DNA of 64,000 bases from an uncultured virus (IMG/VR IMGVR_UViG_3300004369_000007) (taxonomy: Duplodnaviria; Heunggongvirae; Uroviricota; Caudoviricetes), in the IMG/VR virus record IMGVR_UViG_3300004369_000007. The stretch is one strand, 5' to 3'. A program made the translations under genes and the position numbers. Positions 8,934 to 20,408 of this stretch are shown piece by piece. Numbering within the stretch: position 1 is the stretch's first letter; every line of letters begins with the position of its first letter. The notes under the pieces are model-generated. The model saw only the letters and a program-made list of their open reading frames with translations, ran no database searches and was not told where the DNA came from.

Positions 8934-10667
8934 ATGGTTGATTTTCCTAGAGGTAAAACATTAGGAGAAATGATGGGTGTGTATAACCAAAGCCTAAAGG
9001 TTATGCAAAAAAATATGTTTGAATTAGGCACGACCTTTGATAATTTTAAGAAAAAAACCGAAAAGGTAAATAAGGTCGTTAAAGAACAGGTAAAAGCAGA
9101 AAATGAACTAGATATTCGTTTTGAAAGAAGAACTGCCGCATTAAAAAATGCAACAGCAGCATTAAATTCACAAGGTAAAGCCTTTGAGATTTTTAGTAAA
9201 TCCTCAAGAAAAGCATTTAAAGATGCTGGCGGAAACATCTTTGAGTTCTTTGATGTTGCTTTATCTTCTTCAAGTGAGCAGGTTAAGATTTTTGGTTTAG
9301 AAGCGGCTAACGCTAGAAAAATCATGTATGGGTTTTTACCGCCAGGAATGTTTAGAGCAGTAAATAAATTATCAACTGGTTTTAGAACATTAGGCTCAAT
9401 AACTAGAAACTTAAAAATGGGTGCGCCCGAAAAGGGAGAAGCAAATAATATTTTTACTACAATTGGTAGGGCAGCAAAAAGAGTTTCTCCTTCAAAAATA
9501 TTCGGAACTGGTGGAAGAGATGTTTCAAAAGCAAGGGCTAGAATATCAGAATTAGAGTCTTTACCTGACTATTTGATGCATGGAACAGATGCACAAGGAA
9601 ATAAGGTTGATAGTGCTAAAAAGAAAGAACTTGCTGGTCTTAGAAGTTTTGTTGCTAAAAACACAACTGCATTTACAAAAACAAAAGATGCTTTAGCGGG
9701 CGTTCCTTTAAGAGTAGAAAAAGCAAGAGCCTATTTAGAACTTATGCATTTAAAGGCACAAATAAAAACAAGAGAATTAAGGAAAAAATTCTTTTATAGT
9801 GCTCTTAAATGGAATACTATGAGTATGAAAGAAAAAGGAAAAACAATAGTAGACCAATTTATCAAATTAATTAAAACACCAGTTATGCAATTCTTAGTTA
9901 CTGGATTACTGTATTTAACTGGTATTGCCCTTGTTATAGTCCTTATAAGAAAAACAATTTGGCCAGCACTAAAAGAAGCATTCAAAGCAGTTAGAGATAA
10001 TATGGGAATGCTGATATTAGGATTTCAAACCATATTTGGTGGAATAAAAGAAATATTTACTGGACTTATTAATGGTGACTTAATGATGATGATTGATGGT
10101 ATCTTAGAAATCGGATTGGGTCTTTTACAAGTTGTTTTAGGTGTTTTGTGGGTAAGCGCAGTTGGCCTCTTTACTTTAGGGAAAGAAATAGTAGTTAAAT
10201 TCTTTTCGGGTGTTGGTGAGTTCTTTTACAAGGTATTTACAGACTTTGACTTCTTTAAGAAAAACATCGGCAAAATTGCCCTTGGTGTAGTTGCCGCTAT
10301 TGCCTTCTTTGTTGGCCTACCTGCTGCTTTAACTGCATTAGGTATAATTGTTATATTCCGAGGTCTTCAATGGATTTGGGGTAAAATTAAAGGATTAGGT
10401 TTCTTTTCTACAGGTGGACTTGCTAATAATGGTATGGCTGTTGTTGGAGAAAAAGGGCCAGAACTAGTCTCATTACCAAGAGGTTCAAGAGTGTATTCTA
10501 ACAGTAATTCAAGAAGAATGCATTCAGGAGGAACAGTAAATAATTTTAACATTACTATTAATGCTAAAGATTCTTCAAAAGCAGAAATGAGAAGAATGGC
10601 TGATGAAATTGGAAAAATGATTAGTTCAAAGATTAATAGAAGCACAAGTTCTAGCACATTGAGGTGA
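8934..10667 (+). CDS. Tape measure protein
   Basis: Helical, hydrophobic C-terminal half, VVGEKGPELV motif, canonical position. Confidence 0.75.
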   Translation: MVDFPRGKTLGEMMGVYNQSLKVMQKNMFELGTTFDNFKKKTEKVNKVVKEQVKAENELDIRFERRTAALKNATAALNSQGKAFEIFSKSSRKAFKDAGGNIFEFFDVALSSSSEQVKIFGLEAANARKIMYGFLPPGMFRAVNKLSTGFRTLGSITRNLKMGAPEKGEANNIFTTIGRAAKRVSPSKIFGTGGRDVSKARARISELESLPDYLMHGTDAQGNKVDSAKKKELAGLRSFVAKNTTAFTKTKDALAGVPLRVEKARAYLELMHLKAQIKTRELRKKFFYSALKWNTMSMKEKGKTIVDQFIKLIKTPVMQFLVTGLLYLTGIALVIVLIRKTIWPALKEAFKAVRDNMGMLILGFQTIFGGIKEIFTGLINGDLMMMIDGILEIGLGLLQVVLGVLWVSAVGLFTLGKEIVVKFFSGVGEFFYKVFTDFDFFKKNIGKIALGVVAAIAFFVGLPAALTALGIIVIFRGLQWIWGKIKGLGFFSTGGLANNGMAVVGEKGPELVSLPRGSRVYSNSNSRRMHSGGTVNNFNITINAKDSSKAEMRRMADEIGKMISSKINRSTSSSTLR

Positions 10668-10671
10668 TTAA

Positions 10672-11289
10672 ATGCCTGACTACTATGTTTATTTGAAATT
10701 ACAAAATCATTCTGGAAGTAGTGCTAGTGTTGATACTATTCCTTTGAGAGTAAATACTGTTAATGTTTCTGTTGATAAAACAATTCCTGCTATTCCCGTT
10801 CCTTTGAGTGGGTTAGGAACAGGAGAATCTGCAACAGTCGCTTTAGATTTAGGTATGTCAAATAAGAGAATTAGTTTAACTGGATTTATTACCGAGACTG
10901 AAATCCGAAGAAGCCACACTAAAACAGACGGAGTGGTAGATACTTTATCTTTTACTGCTCAAGAACTTGCTCAACTGATTGCTTCTGGTGTTGATTCAAC
11001 AGGTCTTGCTGGCTTTCAAGCCATTAATGAGTTAGTAATTTTAATTCCTTCAAAAGTTGATGAGAATTACGCTCAAGTTAATAAGAGAGATATTCCTTTG
11101 ACTTTTAGGGCGAGAGGTGAAGCGTTAAAAAAGGATAATACTAATGTTGCTTTTCCTTCTAGTTTTCCCACCTCATCTACTTCCAAAGGCTTAACAGGGT
11201 TTGTTCAAAACTTTTCTTATGAAATGAGTGGAGAAACTGTTGAAGTTTCCTTTACAATGGAGTTTGCCGTAGCAACTGTTCTTCCTTGA
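10672..11289 (+). CDS. Putative distal tail/hub protein
   Basis: Beta-rich, directly after tape measure. Confidence 0.5.
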   Translation: MPDYYVYLKLQNHSGSSASVDTIPLRVNTVNVSVDKTIPAIPVPLSGLGTGESATVALDLGMSNKRISLTGFITETEIRRSHTKTDGVVDTLSFTAQELAQLIASGVDSTGLAGFQAINELVILIPSKVDENYAQVNKRDIPLTFRARGEALKKDNTNVAFPSSFPTSSTSKGLTGFVQNFSYEMSGETVEVSFTMEFAVATVLP

Positions 11290-11298
11290 GGTGTAAAA

Positions 11299-12471
11299 AT
11301 GTCTTATGCTATTTTCACAGGAAAACAACGCTCACTTGTTTTTCCAATTATGTGTAATGGTTTTTTGACTTTAGACTACTCAGATAATATTGCTTCAGGA
11401 ACAGGTATTCCTTACGGTGTTTGGGACTTAGATGATAATTTTACTTTTGAATGTGTATTAACTCCTTATGAAATTAATGGCTATGGGACTCATAGTGTAA
11501 GTGGAGATATAGTAATTCCCGAAACAGGTAGTTTAACTAAAGAAACTCATGCTGATGGAATAGGAATTGTTTCAAATAGTAAAAAAATTATGTCTGCTTT
11601 AGAAGAATCAATATATACTGCTTCAACTCATACTAATCATGAAAGTGAACTATATTTACCAAGAGCGAATCGTATTAACCATGAGATGAGAATTTTTCAT
11701 AGCACTAATTTTCAAATTAGTTTAGTTAATGATACTCTACATAATGAAAATAATCCAGCAAGATATAAAATTAAAGTAGGAATTAAATTAGGAACTGCAC
11801 CGATGGAATACTTTACAAGTAATGCAGTTATTTTACCAAACGAAGGTAGTCAATACAAATATCAAACAACTGCTGATTTACAGGGCTTTGATACTGATGG
11901 TAAGATGCTATATAGAAAAAACTCAATTGCTGGAAGTGGTTCTTCGGGAACAACAGTAAATTATAGCACAGGTTATTCAACTCTTTTTAATAATGCTGAA
12001 CTATTTATTCGGCAAGATTCTGAATTTGTTTCTATTGGAACAATTGATTCTTTTACAGGAAGTGTTATTACTTTGTCTGCTGACTCACCTATTAGTATTA
12101 ATAGTGGTGATATTTTGTATATAAAACATACTCAAGAACCTAGTTATATTAATAACACTTATCATATTGGTTGTTCTTGGGATAATACAAATAAAGAAAT
12201 ACTTATCTTTTTTAACGGAAAAATAGTTAAAAGTGGAACTCATACTCAAACAGATTCATTCTCAATGGAAGCAGAGGATTTTTATATTGGTGCAAATGGT
12301 AGCGGAACAACGGGTGCTAATTCAGCCACAACTAATAATCAATTTATGGGTGAACTACATGAACTTAGTATTATGAATATTCGTAAAACTCAATTTTCTG
12401 CTATTAACAACTTAATGCCGAACTATAACAATACTGTTTTATATTTGCGATTTGAGGAGGTGGATGAATGA
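11299..12471 (+). CDS. Tail protein with LamG/concanavalin-like domain
   Basis: YHIGCSWD...IFFNG...FYIGA...FMGELHEL pattern. Confidence 0.65.
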   Translation: MSYAIFTGKQRSLVFPIMCNGFLTLDYSDNIASGTGIPYGVWDLDDNFTFECVLTPYEINGYGTHSVSGDIVIPETGSLTKETHADGIGIVSNSKKIMSALEESIYTASTHTNHESELYLPRANRINHEMRIFHSTNFQISLVNDTLHNENNPARYKIKVGIKLGTAPMEYFTSNAVILPNEGSQYKYQTTADLQGFDTDGKMLYRKNSIAGSGSSGTTVNYSTGYSTLFNNAELFIRQDSEFVSIGTIDSFTGSVITLSADSPISINSGDILYIKHTQEPSYINNTYHIGCSWDNTNKEILIFFNGKIVKSGTHTQTDSFSMEAEDFYIGANGSGTTGANSATTNNQFMGELHELSIMNIRKTQFSAINNLMPNYNNTVLYLRFEEVDE

Positions 12472-15400
12472 GTTTAAGTATTCAAGGTGATGATTTTAAT
12501 GCACCAACAAATCCTCAATTGACTTCTACTACTGCTGATTTTTCAGATGGAGATAGAATATATACTGCAATTACATCTATTGGAAACCCATCTATTTCTA
12601 TTCAAGGATGGGGAGGAACTGTCTCAGAATATTCTAATCTAGGCACAACGAAAGGATTTAGAATCAAATGCTTTAATTCACTAACTAGTGAGGGAATTAG
12701 ATTCAATCCTAGTGAATTACAACTAAACACAAATGATTATTTCGTCTTATTATATTCAGATAGTCCATTTCAACATCATTTTGCTAAAATTACTGAAGTG
12801 AAAACAGAAGATGCCTACGGAGATGCTTTTGAATTTAAACCAAAATTGGGAAATGAAATCCCTAAAGATACTAAATTCATTATTTTTGAAATGGTTAAAA
12901 ATACAAATGTTGTTGCTATTTCTTTGGGATTACTTCAAGATAGTTCGGCAGACTTAGTGGATGAATTAGCGAGAAGAATGGTGGTTGCTCGGCCACACTT
13001 TTATTTTTATGACGGGTTAGATAAACCCAATGAACTAAATCATAATACAAAATATTATGCTGTTAGAGAATGCGGAACTGCTAATTCTTATACTTTGGAC
13101 AATACAGACCCCTCAAAAACATTTGTAACTGTTCAGGATTTTGGTAATATAATTGTTGATTACAGTAAATTTTCTCATAGAGTTAAATTAACAGATAAGT
13201 TAGAAGAATTGGATTCTCTTCAAGCCAGCAATTATACTTCAAATGAAGGCAGAACAGGGGTTGCAAATACTACTATTTTCAATCAAACTTATATTAATGC
13301 TAACAGAATATTAGATGATGAAATTAATTCTCCTAATTATATTGGCCCTACTAGATATTTACATTATGATTATTCCCCTACAAAATCAAATATTTTGTAT
13401 AATGTGGTTGAGCACACTAATACTGAATCTATTGATGGAAAGGGAGGATTTGCGGAAACTTTAATTATTGATAATGCAAGAATTATGCCTAGTAAAATTA
13501 AAGAGTTTTATAGTTATAGGGTAAGGCATAATATTCATCGTGGTGAATTAAATAGTTTCTTTCCTCTTAAGGCTACTTATAGTTCTAATTCAGGTAATGT
13601 ATATACCTTTGATACAGAATATGATTTAGAAGATGTATTAAATGATGGAGATGAAATTAAATTAGGAGATAATATCTTCATCATTGAGGACTTCGGCCTC
13701 CTGTCGGGAAATACGCAGACTATAACAGTTGAGAATGACGGCACAGACCCCTATGTGAGAGGTGATAACGAAGGCGTTTTTACCGCACAAGCCATCAGTC
13801 CATCAAGCGGAGATGTGCTTAATAGGCGAGCATATAACGCAACAAATGGGACACTTATGCTTGATATTTCACTACTGAATGGAAGGTTTAGCAAGATGTA
13901 TGTTTCTTTTACATCATTAAATCATAATGAAAGGTTTGCTACAATTACTGCTTGTGATGCAGTTAAAGGAATGATTACTTTATTTTTTGATGATGATTCA
14001 TATACCTCTAACGCTTTAAGTTTTGCTAAAGGACAATATCAAATTTTTATTGAGAGATTTAACGGTGAAGTTGAAAATATTGAAAGTAGAAAAGAAGATG
14101 GACAAACTATTATGGAAATTCAAGGCAGAGATAAGTTTAGCAAATTACTTTCTCCTGTTGTAAATTTAAATACTTTGTTTAGCGAAGATATTATTTATTC
14201 TACTAAAAGTTATTATAACCAATTAACTTCTATTAAAACATCAACTTCATTTAGTGTGGTGGCTACTGACGATGCTTCAAAGGGCGATAGGTTGATTTCA
14301 ACGGGAACTACTTCCTTAAATCAATTACCAGTAGTAGGAGATTATCTTTTTACTACTGATATTTATATCGGAGAAGTCCAAACCATTGACCTAATTAGTG
14401 GAATAACATATAAAATTTATTTAAAAACAACCGATAATATTGCTTATTCTGGAGAAATTTTTGTTAATAGAAATATAAAAAATTATATGTTATTAAAGGC
14501 ATTAGGAGCATCACACCTAGATAGTATAAAACCCAGCACTCTTACGGGTTCTGCAAATAAGGGTTTAATTTTTAATTCTGGAAATGAAATTAATATTTCA
14601 ACAGGAGTTGAAGGAAATACATTAGTAGGGACAAGTTCTAATTCTGGTTCACAGGCAATAGGCTACGCTATTAATTCACCTTCTTCTATATCTAATGATT
14701 TAAATTTTCAAACTAGATTAAAGGATGAGCATGGAACAGATGCTTATTCTAATTTTGATACCATTAATACCTTAATTGATTTTGAAGTAGTTTCTATCAC
14801 AAAAAAAGAAAATATTACCCAATTAGAATTATCTCCATATATTCCAATCACTTTAGGAAGATTAGCCGAATATCATGACTATAAAAATGAATATACTTTT
14901 ACTGAAGTAGCAACTGTTTCTCAAAGTCAAGTAGGAACAAATGATTTTGCTTTTACTACTCTCTCTTCAACAGCATATACATTAATAAAAGATACTCCTT
15001 TATTTATGGGAGAAAATAAAATTTATATTGGAAAAGTATTGGAAATAGTTAATCAAACCATTTCTTATGCAACTGTTTTTAATGTCTACTTAGATAGAGC
15101 AGTTGGTGATATACCTTTAAGTTCAAAAATTTATACTGCTGATGTTAAAATACATAATGTTGCTACAATTAACGGTGAACATTTATGGGGCGGCAAAACA
15201 ATAGGATTAATTCATCCAAAAAATGATTCTTCTTTAGGCACAATAGGATTTAATATTGAAAATACAAATGGTTCTGGACACTATAGCAATAAATATGGAA
15301 ATTTTATTTATCACCCTATTAAATTTTCTAAAGGAAATTTTGGTTCTAATATAGGAAATATAACCTCATCTAACCAAGCAGATAGAAAATTATATGACTC

Positions 15401-18400
15401 TCCTTCAAAAAGAAATTATTTAACAAGTGCTTACAGAGTATCTCCTTATTCTGAAAATAATAATATAATTAACTGGGATAAAACAGACTCAGCCTTTAGA
15501 ACCTTTTCTATTGATTATAGGGGACAAACTAGCACTTATGGTTCTAACTTAACTGATGTTAGAATTGATAAAAACCGAACAAAAAATGCTTTCATAAACC
15601 CTAGTTATGCATTAGGATTAATTAGTAGGAGTCATATCTTTTTAGATGATTCTGCCCAAAGACTATTTTTGTATGCTAATTATGATTTATTACCATACTC
15701 TTCAAAAAGAACAGACAGTCTTATGTCGGGAAACAAAAACTTAAACAACTATAATTTATTTTTGGTAAATACTAATGAACAATTATCTGATGCTAACTTC
15801 CAAGACCTTAATTTTAGTAGTGATTTAGATATTTCTTCTATCAAAAGATTTGGTTTAATGAGATTAACAGAAGTTTGTTATGATTGTTTTTTTAATCCTG
15901 TTAATCCAGAAAAAAACTTAAAAGAAAAAATAAAAGGATATGCAGACATTCCCTTAGCGTTTGATGTTGTAGTATTGCCTGATATTTCTTCTGCGGGTCT
16001 TTCAACTATTACTTTTGATACTAACCCCAGTCCCGCTTTAAGTAGTGGAGATAAAATTTATGACACTAATGGAAATTATATTTGTGAAATAGATTCATTT
16101 GTTTCGGGGTCTACATATAACATACCTTCTGGCACTTTTATTTATTTAACAAATAATGGTTCTATTGCTACTTCGTGTGTTAAAATAACTACCACTCAAA
16201 AAGAAATTGCGGGAAGAAACACAATTAATTCATATAAATTCCACCTTTTAAATTCTATTCCTCATCCTTTAAAAACAGTAATTATTCCTAAATTAACTAA
16301 TGTTGTTTCTTTAGCAACAGATTCCGAAATAATCCTTCCTATTTATATTCACTTAGGGTTTAGTAATTCATATGATGGTTATGAGTTAAAAGTATTGCAT
16401 GATTTTCTTAGCCATCAAAAAACATATAATAATATGAAAGGAGTTGTTTTAGATAGATTTAGTATTGAAGATGGTGGAAAATATCCTGTTCATGTAGGGG
16501 CTACCACTTCTTCTATTATTGGTGGAACTTATCATCAAGATACTGCGAGTTCACCCAGTCCCTATGAAGGAATTGTTCTTAAAACAAGTGAACACTTTAA
16601 GTCTTATAATAATATAACAGACAAATATAGTTCTACTACTAATTATGATAGTGAAGGAATTGATGGAGCATATATGGTTTTTAAACCTATATTAAAAATT
16701 GACGCTTCTTCTGAAACTTATCCTATTTTACAATCTTCTACAACAATTTCTTCATCAAACGGTAATGTTTATAAAGCAATTATTAGTTGCACTAGTGACC
16801 AAAATCATGCAAATTCATTTCTAAAATTCATTGATTTAACAGGTTGCTATCTTGTAGCAGAAAAAGGAGAATTATTTCAAACTACTATCACTAATAGTGC
16901 TGATTCAAGGAGTGTTAATGGTTTAAAAACAGAGGAACTAATTTATGTTATTTCTCATGAACCAGATAATACAACAGATAATCACTTTCACTTAATTACA
17001 GATATTGAATTAAGTTATGCAACAAATTATCGTATCTTACAACCAAATGAAACTTTTTCATATTCTTTTTTTCCTAAAGATATTGAACTAAATTCTTTAA
17101 ATAGTAAATATACTAAAATAGCAAATAAAAATGAAATTTATAATATTAAAGATAATTACTTTTTGAAAAAAACAACAGATTACGGAGATACTCTTGGAGA
17201 TGAGGGGATTTTATCTATGTTTGTTGCTATTGATTTAGATAAACAATCATCAGATGATGGAATTGTCATAAAAGATGTAGATAACTTTATAAATGACATT
17301 TTAAGCGAAGGGGAACATGATTTGCATATTAGTGACGGAAATACTAGTAAAAAAATAAAAATAAATATGAATAACGAAGGAATTTTAAATTTTTCAAATA
17401 TTTATGATTTAAATGGAGTTGTTTCTGTTTCTGAAACCTTTTTAGTTACATCTAAGCAAGAAGTAAAAATTGATGCTAATAGAGCCTGTATTGGTTCAAC
17501 TGTAAGTATTGGTCTTGAAGGTGAAGATTTAATAAATGAACTACTTGAACAGGAAGGAATTGAATTTACAACTACTTCAACTGATGTTCCGATGTATTTA
17601 GCACCTAACTATCAAGGTATAAACTTATATTCTGCAATCCGATATATTCTTGATAGAAAAGAAATGAAACTTGTTGAAGAAAATAATGTGTTTAAAATTT
17701 TCCCAGATGATGAAAATTCAGTAAAAACAAATATTACAATTGATGATAGCGATAATTTTTTAATTAGTAATTTCGAAAAAGTTTCTACTCTCTTTGACTT
17801 TTTTAATGAAATTATTGTTTATGGAAATATTCACAAAGCAATTCGTAAAGACTTGCGTTCAATTCAAAAAAGAGGAAGAAAAACATTAGAGGTGGTAGAT
17901 AATACTTTGCTTACTCAAGAAGAAGCGGATAAAAAAGCCACTAAACTTTTACGCCTTCATTCTAGTCTTAATCAGAAACTTTCATTTACTATGCAAAATA
18001 AAGGAATAAATCAACTACGAGTGGGTGATATTGTAAATGTATCTATTCCTAGAGAAAATATTGAAATGAATAAATATATTGTATTAGAAATGGAACACCA
18101 ACTTAAAGGATTCATTAAATTACAATTAGGAAGATATAGTAAAGATTTGTCAGATGTTTTTTCAGAATTATTGGTTTCTAGTAAAGAAACAAAAGCGGCT
18201 CTTAGAAGTAATGAATTAACTTCAAATGAAATTTCATATAATTTCATTAATACGCTTGACACCAAAGAACTTAAATTGGAGATTCGCAAGACGGAATCAT
18301 CGGGCGGCGCAACTCTCGGTTTTGGAACGGCCTTCAATACTGCTACCACACCATTTGGATTTAATGCGGGAATAACCACAATAACTGATTTACTGGAGGA

Positions 18401-18413
18401 AGATTTGATATGA
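12468..18413 (+). CDS. Large tail tip/central fibre protein (1981 aa)
   Basis: Size, Ser/Thr/Asn-rich; hub-like C-terminus (NEIIVYG, LRVGDIVNV); tail module context. Confidence 0.65.
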   Translation: MSLSIQGDDFNAPTNPQLTSTTADFSDGDRIYTAITSIGNPSISIQGWGGTVSEYSNLGTTKGFRIKCFNSLTSEGIRFNPSELQLNTNDYFVLLYSDSPFQHHFAKITEVKTEDAYGDAFEFKPKLGNEIPKDTKFIIFEMVKNTNVVAISLGLLQDSSADLVDELARRMVVARPHFYFYDGLDKPNELNHNTKYYAVRECGTANSYTLDNTDPSKTFVTVQDFGNIIVDYSKFSHRVKLTDKLEELDSLQASNYTSNEGRTGVANTTIFNQTYINANRILDDEINSPNYIGPTRYLHYDYSPTKSNILYNVVEHTNTESIDGKGGFAETLIIDNARIMPSKIKEFYSYRVRHNIHRGELNSFFPLKATYSSNSGNVYTFDTEYDLEDVLNDGDEIKLGDNIFIIEDFGLLSGNTQTITVENDGTDPYVRGDNEGVFTAQAISPSSGDVLNRRAYNATNGTLMLDISLLNGRFSKMYVSFTSLNHNERFATITACDAVKGMITLFFDDDSYTSNALSFAKGQYQIFIERFNGEVENIESRKEDGQTIMEIQGRDKFSKLLSPVVNLNTLFSEDIIYSTKSYYNQLTSIKTSTSFSVVATDDASKGDRLISTGTTSLNQLPVVGDYLFTTDIYIGEVQTIDLISGITYKIYLKTTDNIAYSGEIFVNRNIKNYMLLKALGASHLDSIKPSTLTGSANKGLIFNSGNEINISTGVEGNTLVGTSSNSGSQAIGYAINSPSSISNDLNFQTRLKDEHGTDAYSNFDTINTLIDFEVVSITKKENITQLELSPYIPITLGRLAEYHDYKNEYTFTEVATVSQSQVGTNDFAFTTLSSTAYTLIKDTPLFMGENKIYIGKVLEIVNQTISYATVFNVYLDRAVGDIPLSSKIYTADVKIHNVATINGEHLWGGKTIGLIHPKNDSSLGTIGFNIENTNGSGHYSNKYGNFIYHPIKFSKGNFGSNIGNITSSNQADRKLYDSPSKRNYLTSAYRVSPYSENNNIINWDKTDSAFRTFSIDYRGQTSTYGSNLTDVRIDKNRTKNAFINPSYALGLISRSHIFLDDSAQRLFLYANYDLLPYSSKRTDSLMSGNKNLNNYNLFLVNTNEQLSDANFQDLNFSSDLDISSIKRFGLMRLTEVCYDCFFNPVNPEKNLKEKIKGYADIPLAFDVVVLPDISSAGLSTITFDTNPSPALSSGDKIYDTNGNYICEIDSFVSGSTYNIPSGTFIYLTNNGSIATSCVKITTTQKEIAGRNTINSYKFHLLNSIPHPLKTVIIPKLTNVVSLATDSEIILPIYIHLGFSNSYDGYELKVLHDFLSHQKTYNNMKGVVLDRFSIEDGGKYPVHVGATTSSIIGGTYHQDTASSPSPYEGIVLKTSEHFKSYNNITDKYSSTTNYDSEGIDGAYMVFKPILKIDASSETYPILQSSTTISSSNGNVYKAIISCTSDQNHANSFLKFIDLTGCYLVAEKGELFQTTITNSADSRSVNGLKTEELIYVISHEPDNTTDNHFHLITDIELSYATNYRILQPNETFSYSFFPKDIELNSLNSKYTKIANKNEIYNIKDNYFLKKTTDYGDTLGDEGILSMFVAIDLDKQSSDDGIVIKDVDNFINDILSEGEHDLHISDGNTSKKIKINMNNEGILNFSNIYDLNGVVSVSETFLVTSKQEVKIDANRACIGSTVSIGLEGEDLINELLEQEGIEFTTTSTDVPMYLAPNYQGINLYSAIRYILDRKEMKLVEENNVFKIFPDDENSVKTNITIDDSDNFLISNFEKVSTLFDFFNEIIVYGNIHKAIRKDLRSIQKRGRKTLEVVDNTLLTQEEADKKATKLLRLHSSLNQKLSFTMQNKGINQLRVGDIVNVSIPRENIEMNKYIVLEMEHQLKGFIKLQLGRYSKDLSDVFSELLVSSKETKAALRSNELTSNEISYNFINTLDTKELKLEIRKTESSGGATLGFGTAFNTATTPFGFNAGITTITDLLEEDLI

Positions 18414-18748
18414 TAACAGATGAACTTAAAACTCTTGTTGCTTCTTATATTAAAGATACTTTATTTGATTCTGCTGATATAGGATTAGGAGGTAATGCAA
18501 CTAGCCCTAGTGCTACCTCTTTAGATGTTCCTTTAGGTCTTACTTTAACACCTACTGTTACAAAATCAGATTTGAATGTATTAGAAGTAAAAGTAAGTGT
18601 TGATGGTAACTCTATTCAAGGAAAGGTAATTCGTGAATTAGGTTTGTTTTATGGAAGCGATTTGGTTTATAGAATTAACTTTGATGGAGTCGGCCCTTTC
18701 TCTACTACTGAGGTATTAGAACTATTTGTATTATTGGAGGTTGAGTAA
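18410..18748 (+). CDS. Putative baseplate/fibre attachment protein
   Basis: IGLGG..., IRELGLF motif typical of fibre-attachment domains. Confidence 0.5.
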   Translation: MITDELKTLVASYIKDTLFDSADIGLGGNATSPSATSLDVPLGLTLTPTVTKSDLNVLEVKVSVDGNSIQGKVIRELGLFYGSDLVYRINFDGVGPFSTTEVLELFVLLEVE

Positions 18749-18749
18749 A

Positions 18750-20069
18750 ATGGTAAATAACCCAAATTTTTATGGACAAAGCACAACAGGAACACCAAAC
18801 CAAATTACTGATGGAACAGATTTTCCCCATACGGGAATCATTAAGGCCTTATCAGATGGATTAGGTCAAAATTATGCTATTAGTGGATTTAATATCACGA
18901 TTAATTCCGCCACATCTATTGATGTTTCATCAGGAGTAATTTTTAGAGATGGTAAAAGTGTTTCAATTGTTGCTACTCCTTCCAGTTTAACCTTAACTAC
19001 TACATACACTAACGGTTATCATTTGTTAGTTGTAAATTCTTCAAATAATATTGTTTTAAGACCCCCTACCGCTACCGAAACAAATCAAAAAGTTCCTTCA
19101 ATAACAACAGGAGACACTATTATTGCTATGATTACATATAATGGGGCAAATCCTATGCCCATTCAGTATTTAACAGTTAATAAAACTGAAAATTCGCTAA
19201 GTATTGGTTATAATAATTCAGGCTATACTGAAAAAGGAACTATTACTGCTGATGCTAACGGTATCTTAGTTACTGGGCCAACAGATGTTACTTTAGACGG
19301 AACAAACGATAGAATATATGTTAAAGACGCAACAGATAACACTTTAAAAACTGTAACTCCGCAAAGCATCGCAAACTTATCCGCATACACTTCATTTAAT
19401 ACAGACTTTGATACTAGGCTCGCTACAAAAGATACTGATGATTTAAGTGAAGGTTTAACTAATTTATATCATACTAGTGCAAGGGCTATTTCAGCAGTTG
19501 AGGGAGAATCAACATTAGATTTAACAGGGGCATTAACTGTTGCTAACGGAGTAGTTTTTAATGAAGCAGGGGCTAGTGTTGATTTTAGAGTTGAGTCTAA
19601 TAATAATGTCAATATGTTGGTTGTTGATGGAAGTCAAGATGGTGTCGGAATTAATGTAGCGGCCCCTGATGCAGAACTTCATGTAAATGGCGTTTCTAAA
19701 ACAAAAGGCTTAGTTGTGAATATAGTTGAACAATTCGCTGGGCCTCCGCCATTTAATACTTATGATATTACAGATGAAGATTATATTATTCTTGCTTCAT
19801 TAGACCCCATAGGAAATAACTTAACTTTAAATTTACCTTCTGCTTCTGCAACCAGACAAGGACAAATTTACAGATTAGTTCTCCCTGTCAATGGAACAGG
19901 AAGTTTAACGATTGATGTTCAAAGTGGCGACCAATTGTATGATGTTACTAGAACTCCAGTATTTACTCCCTATGAAATTTTATCACAAGTTACTCCAACA
20001 GGGGCGGCTGGTGATATTTGGGAAGTTATTTGTTTAAGCGGGACTGAATGGATGGCTTACAAATTGTGA
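18750..20069 (+). CDS. Tail fibre protein
   Basis: DTDDLSEGLTNLYHT fibre repeat, DFRVES and GVGIN...P...LHV shaft motifs. Confidence 0.65.
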   Translation: MVNNPNFYGQSTTGTPNQITDGTDFPHTGIIKALSDGLGQNYAISGFNITINSATSIDVSSGVIFRDGKSVSIVATPSSLTLTTTYTNGYHLLVVNSSNNIVLRPPTATETNQKVPSITTGDTIIAMITYNGANPMPIQYLTVNKTENSLSIGYNNSGYTEKGTITADANGILVTGPTDVTLDGTNDRIYVKDATDNTLKTVTPQSIANLSAYTSFNTDFDTRLATKDTDDLSEGLTNLYHTSARAISAVEGESTLDLTGALTVANGVVFNEAGASVDFRVESNNNVNMLVVDGSQDGVGINVAAPDAELHVNGVSKTKGLVVNIVEQFAGPPPFNTYDITDEDYIILASLDPIGNNLTLNLPSASATRQGQIYRLVLPVNGTGSLTIDVQSGDQLYDVTRTPVFTPYEILSQVTPTGAAGDIWEVICLSGTEWMAYKL

Positions 20070-20240
20070 GCATTTAGTCAAACAACACCAACTTTTGCGT
20101 TGCATTCATTGGCCGAGATTGTAGCCTTTGAATGTAAGGGGTTGCCTTTCTAAAGATGCGGAAATGCTCTCATTTAGCCCAACAAAATTCGTAATAAGCG
20201 AATTTAAAATAGGCAATAGAAAAAAATCCAAAAAAAAAGA

Positions 20241-20262
20241 GAGGGAGCATACGCTCCCCCTC
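20241..20262. terminator. Hairpin between convergent late (+) and replication (-) modules
   Basis: GGGAGC-atac-GCTCCC stem, A-run on left and T-rich run on right. Confidence 0.5.
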
Positions 20263-20404
20263 AATTTGTTTTTTCCGACCAAATGGCTTTACAGGCTCGG
20301 CATTCCCATAATTTTGTCTGTTCTGTTGAACCGACATAAAAACCAAGAAGTCTTCTTGCTACTGTCTTTTCTTGACAATAGAAGCATTCTTGTTTTAAAG
20401 CCAT
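20261..20404 (-). CDS. Zn-ribbon microprotein (47 aa; not in ORF track)
   Basis: MALKQECFYC...LWECRACKAIWSEKTN; two CxxC pairs. Confidence 0.55.
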   Translation of the reverse strand: MALKQECFYCQEKTVARRLLGFYVGSTEQTKLWECRACKAIWSEKTN

Positions 20405-20408
20405 ATAA

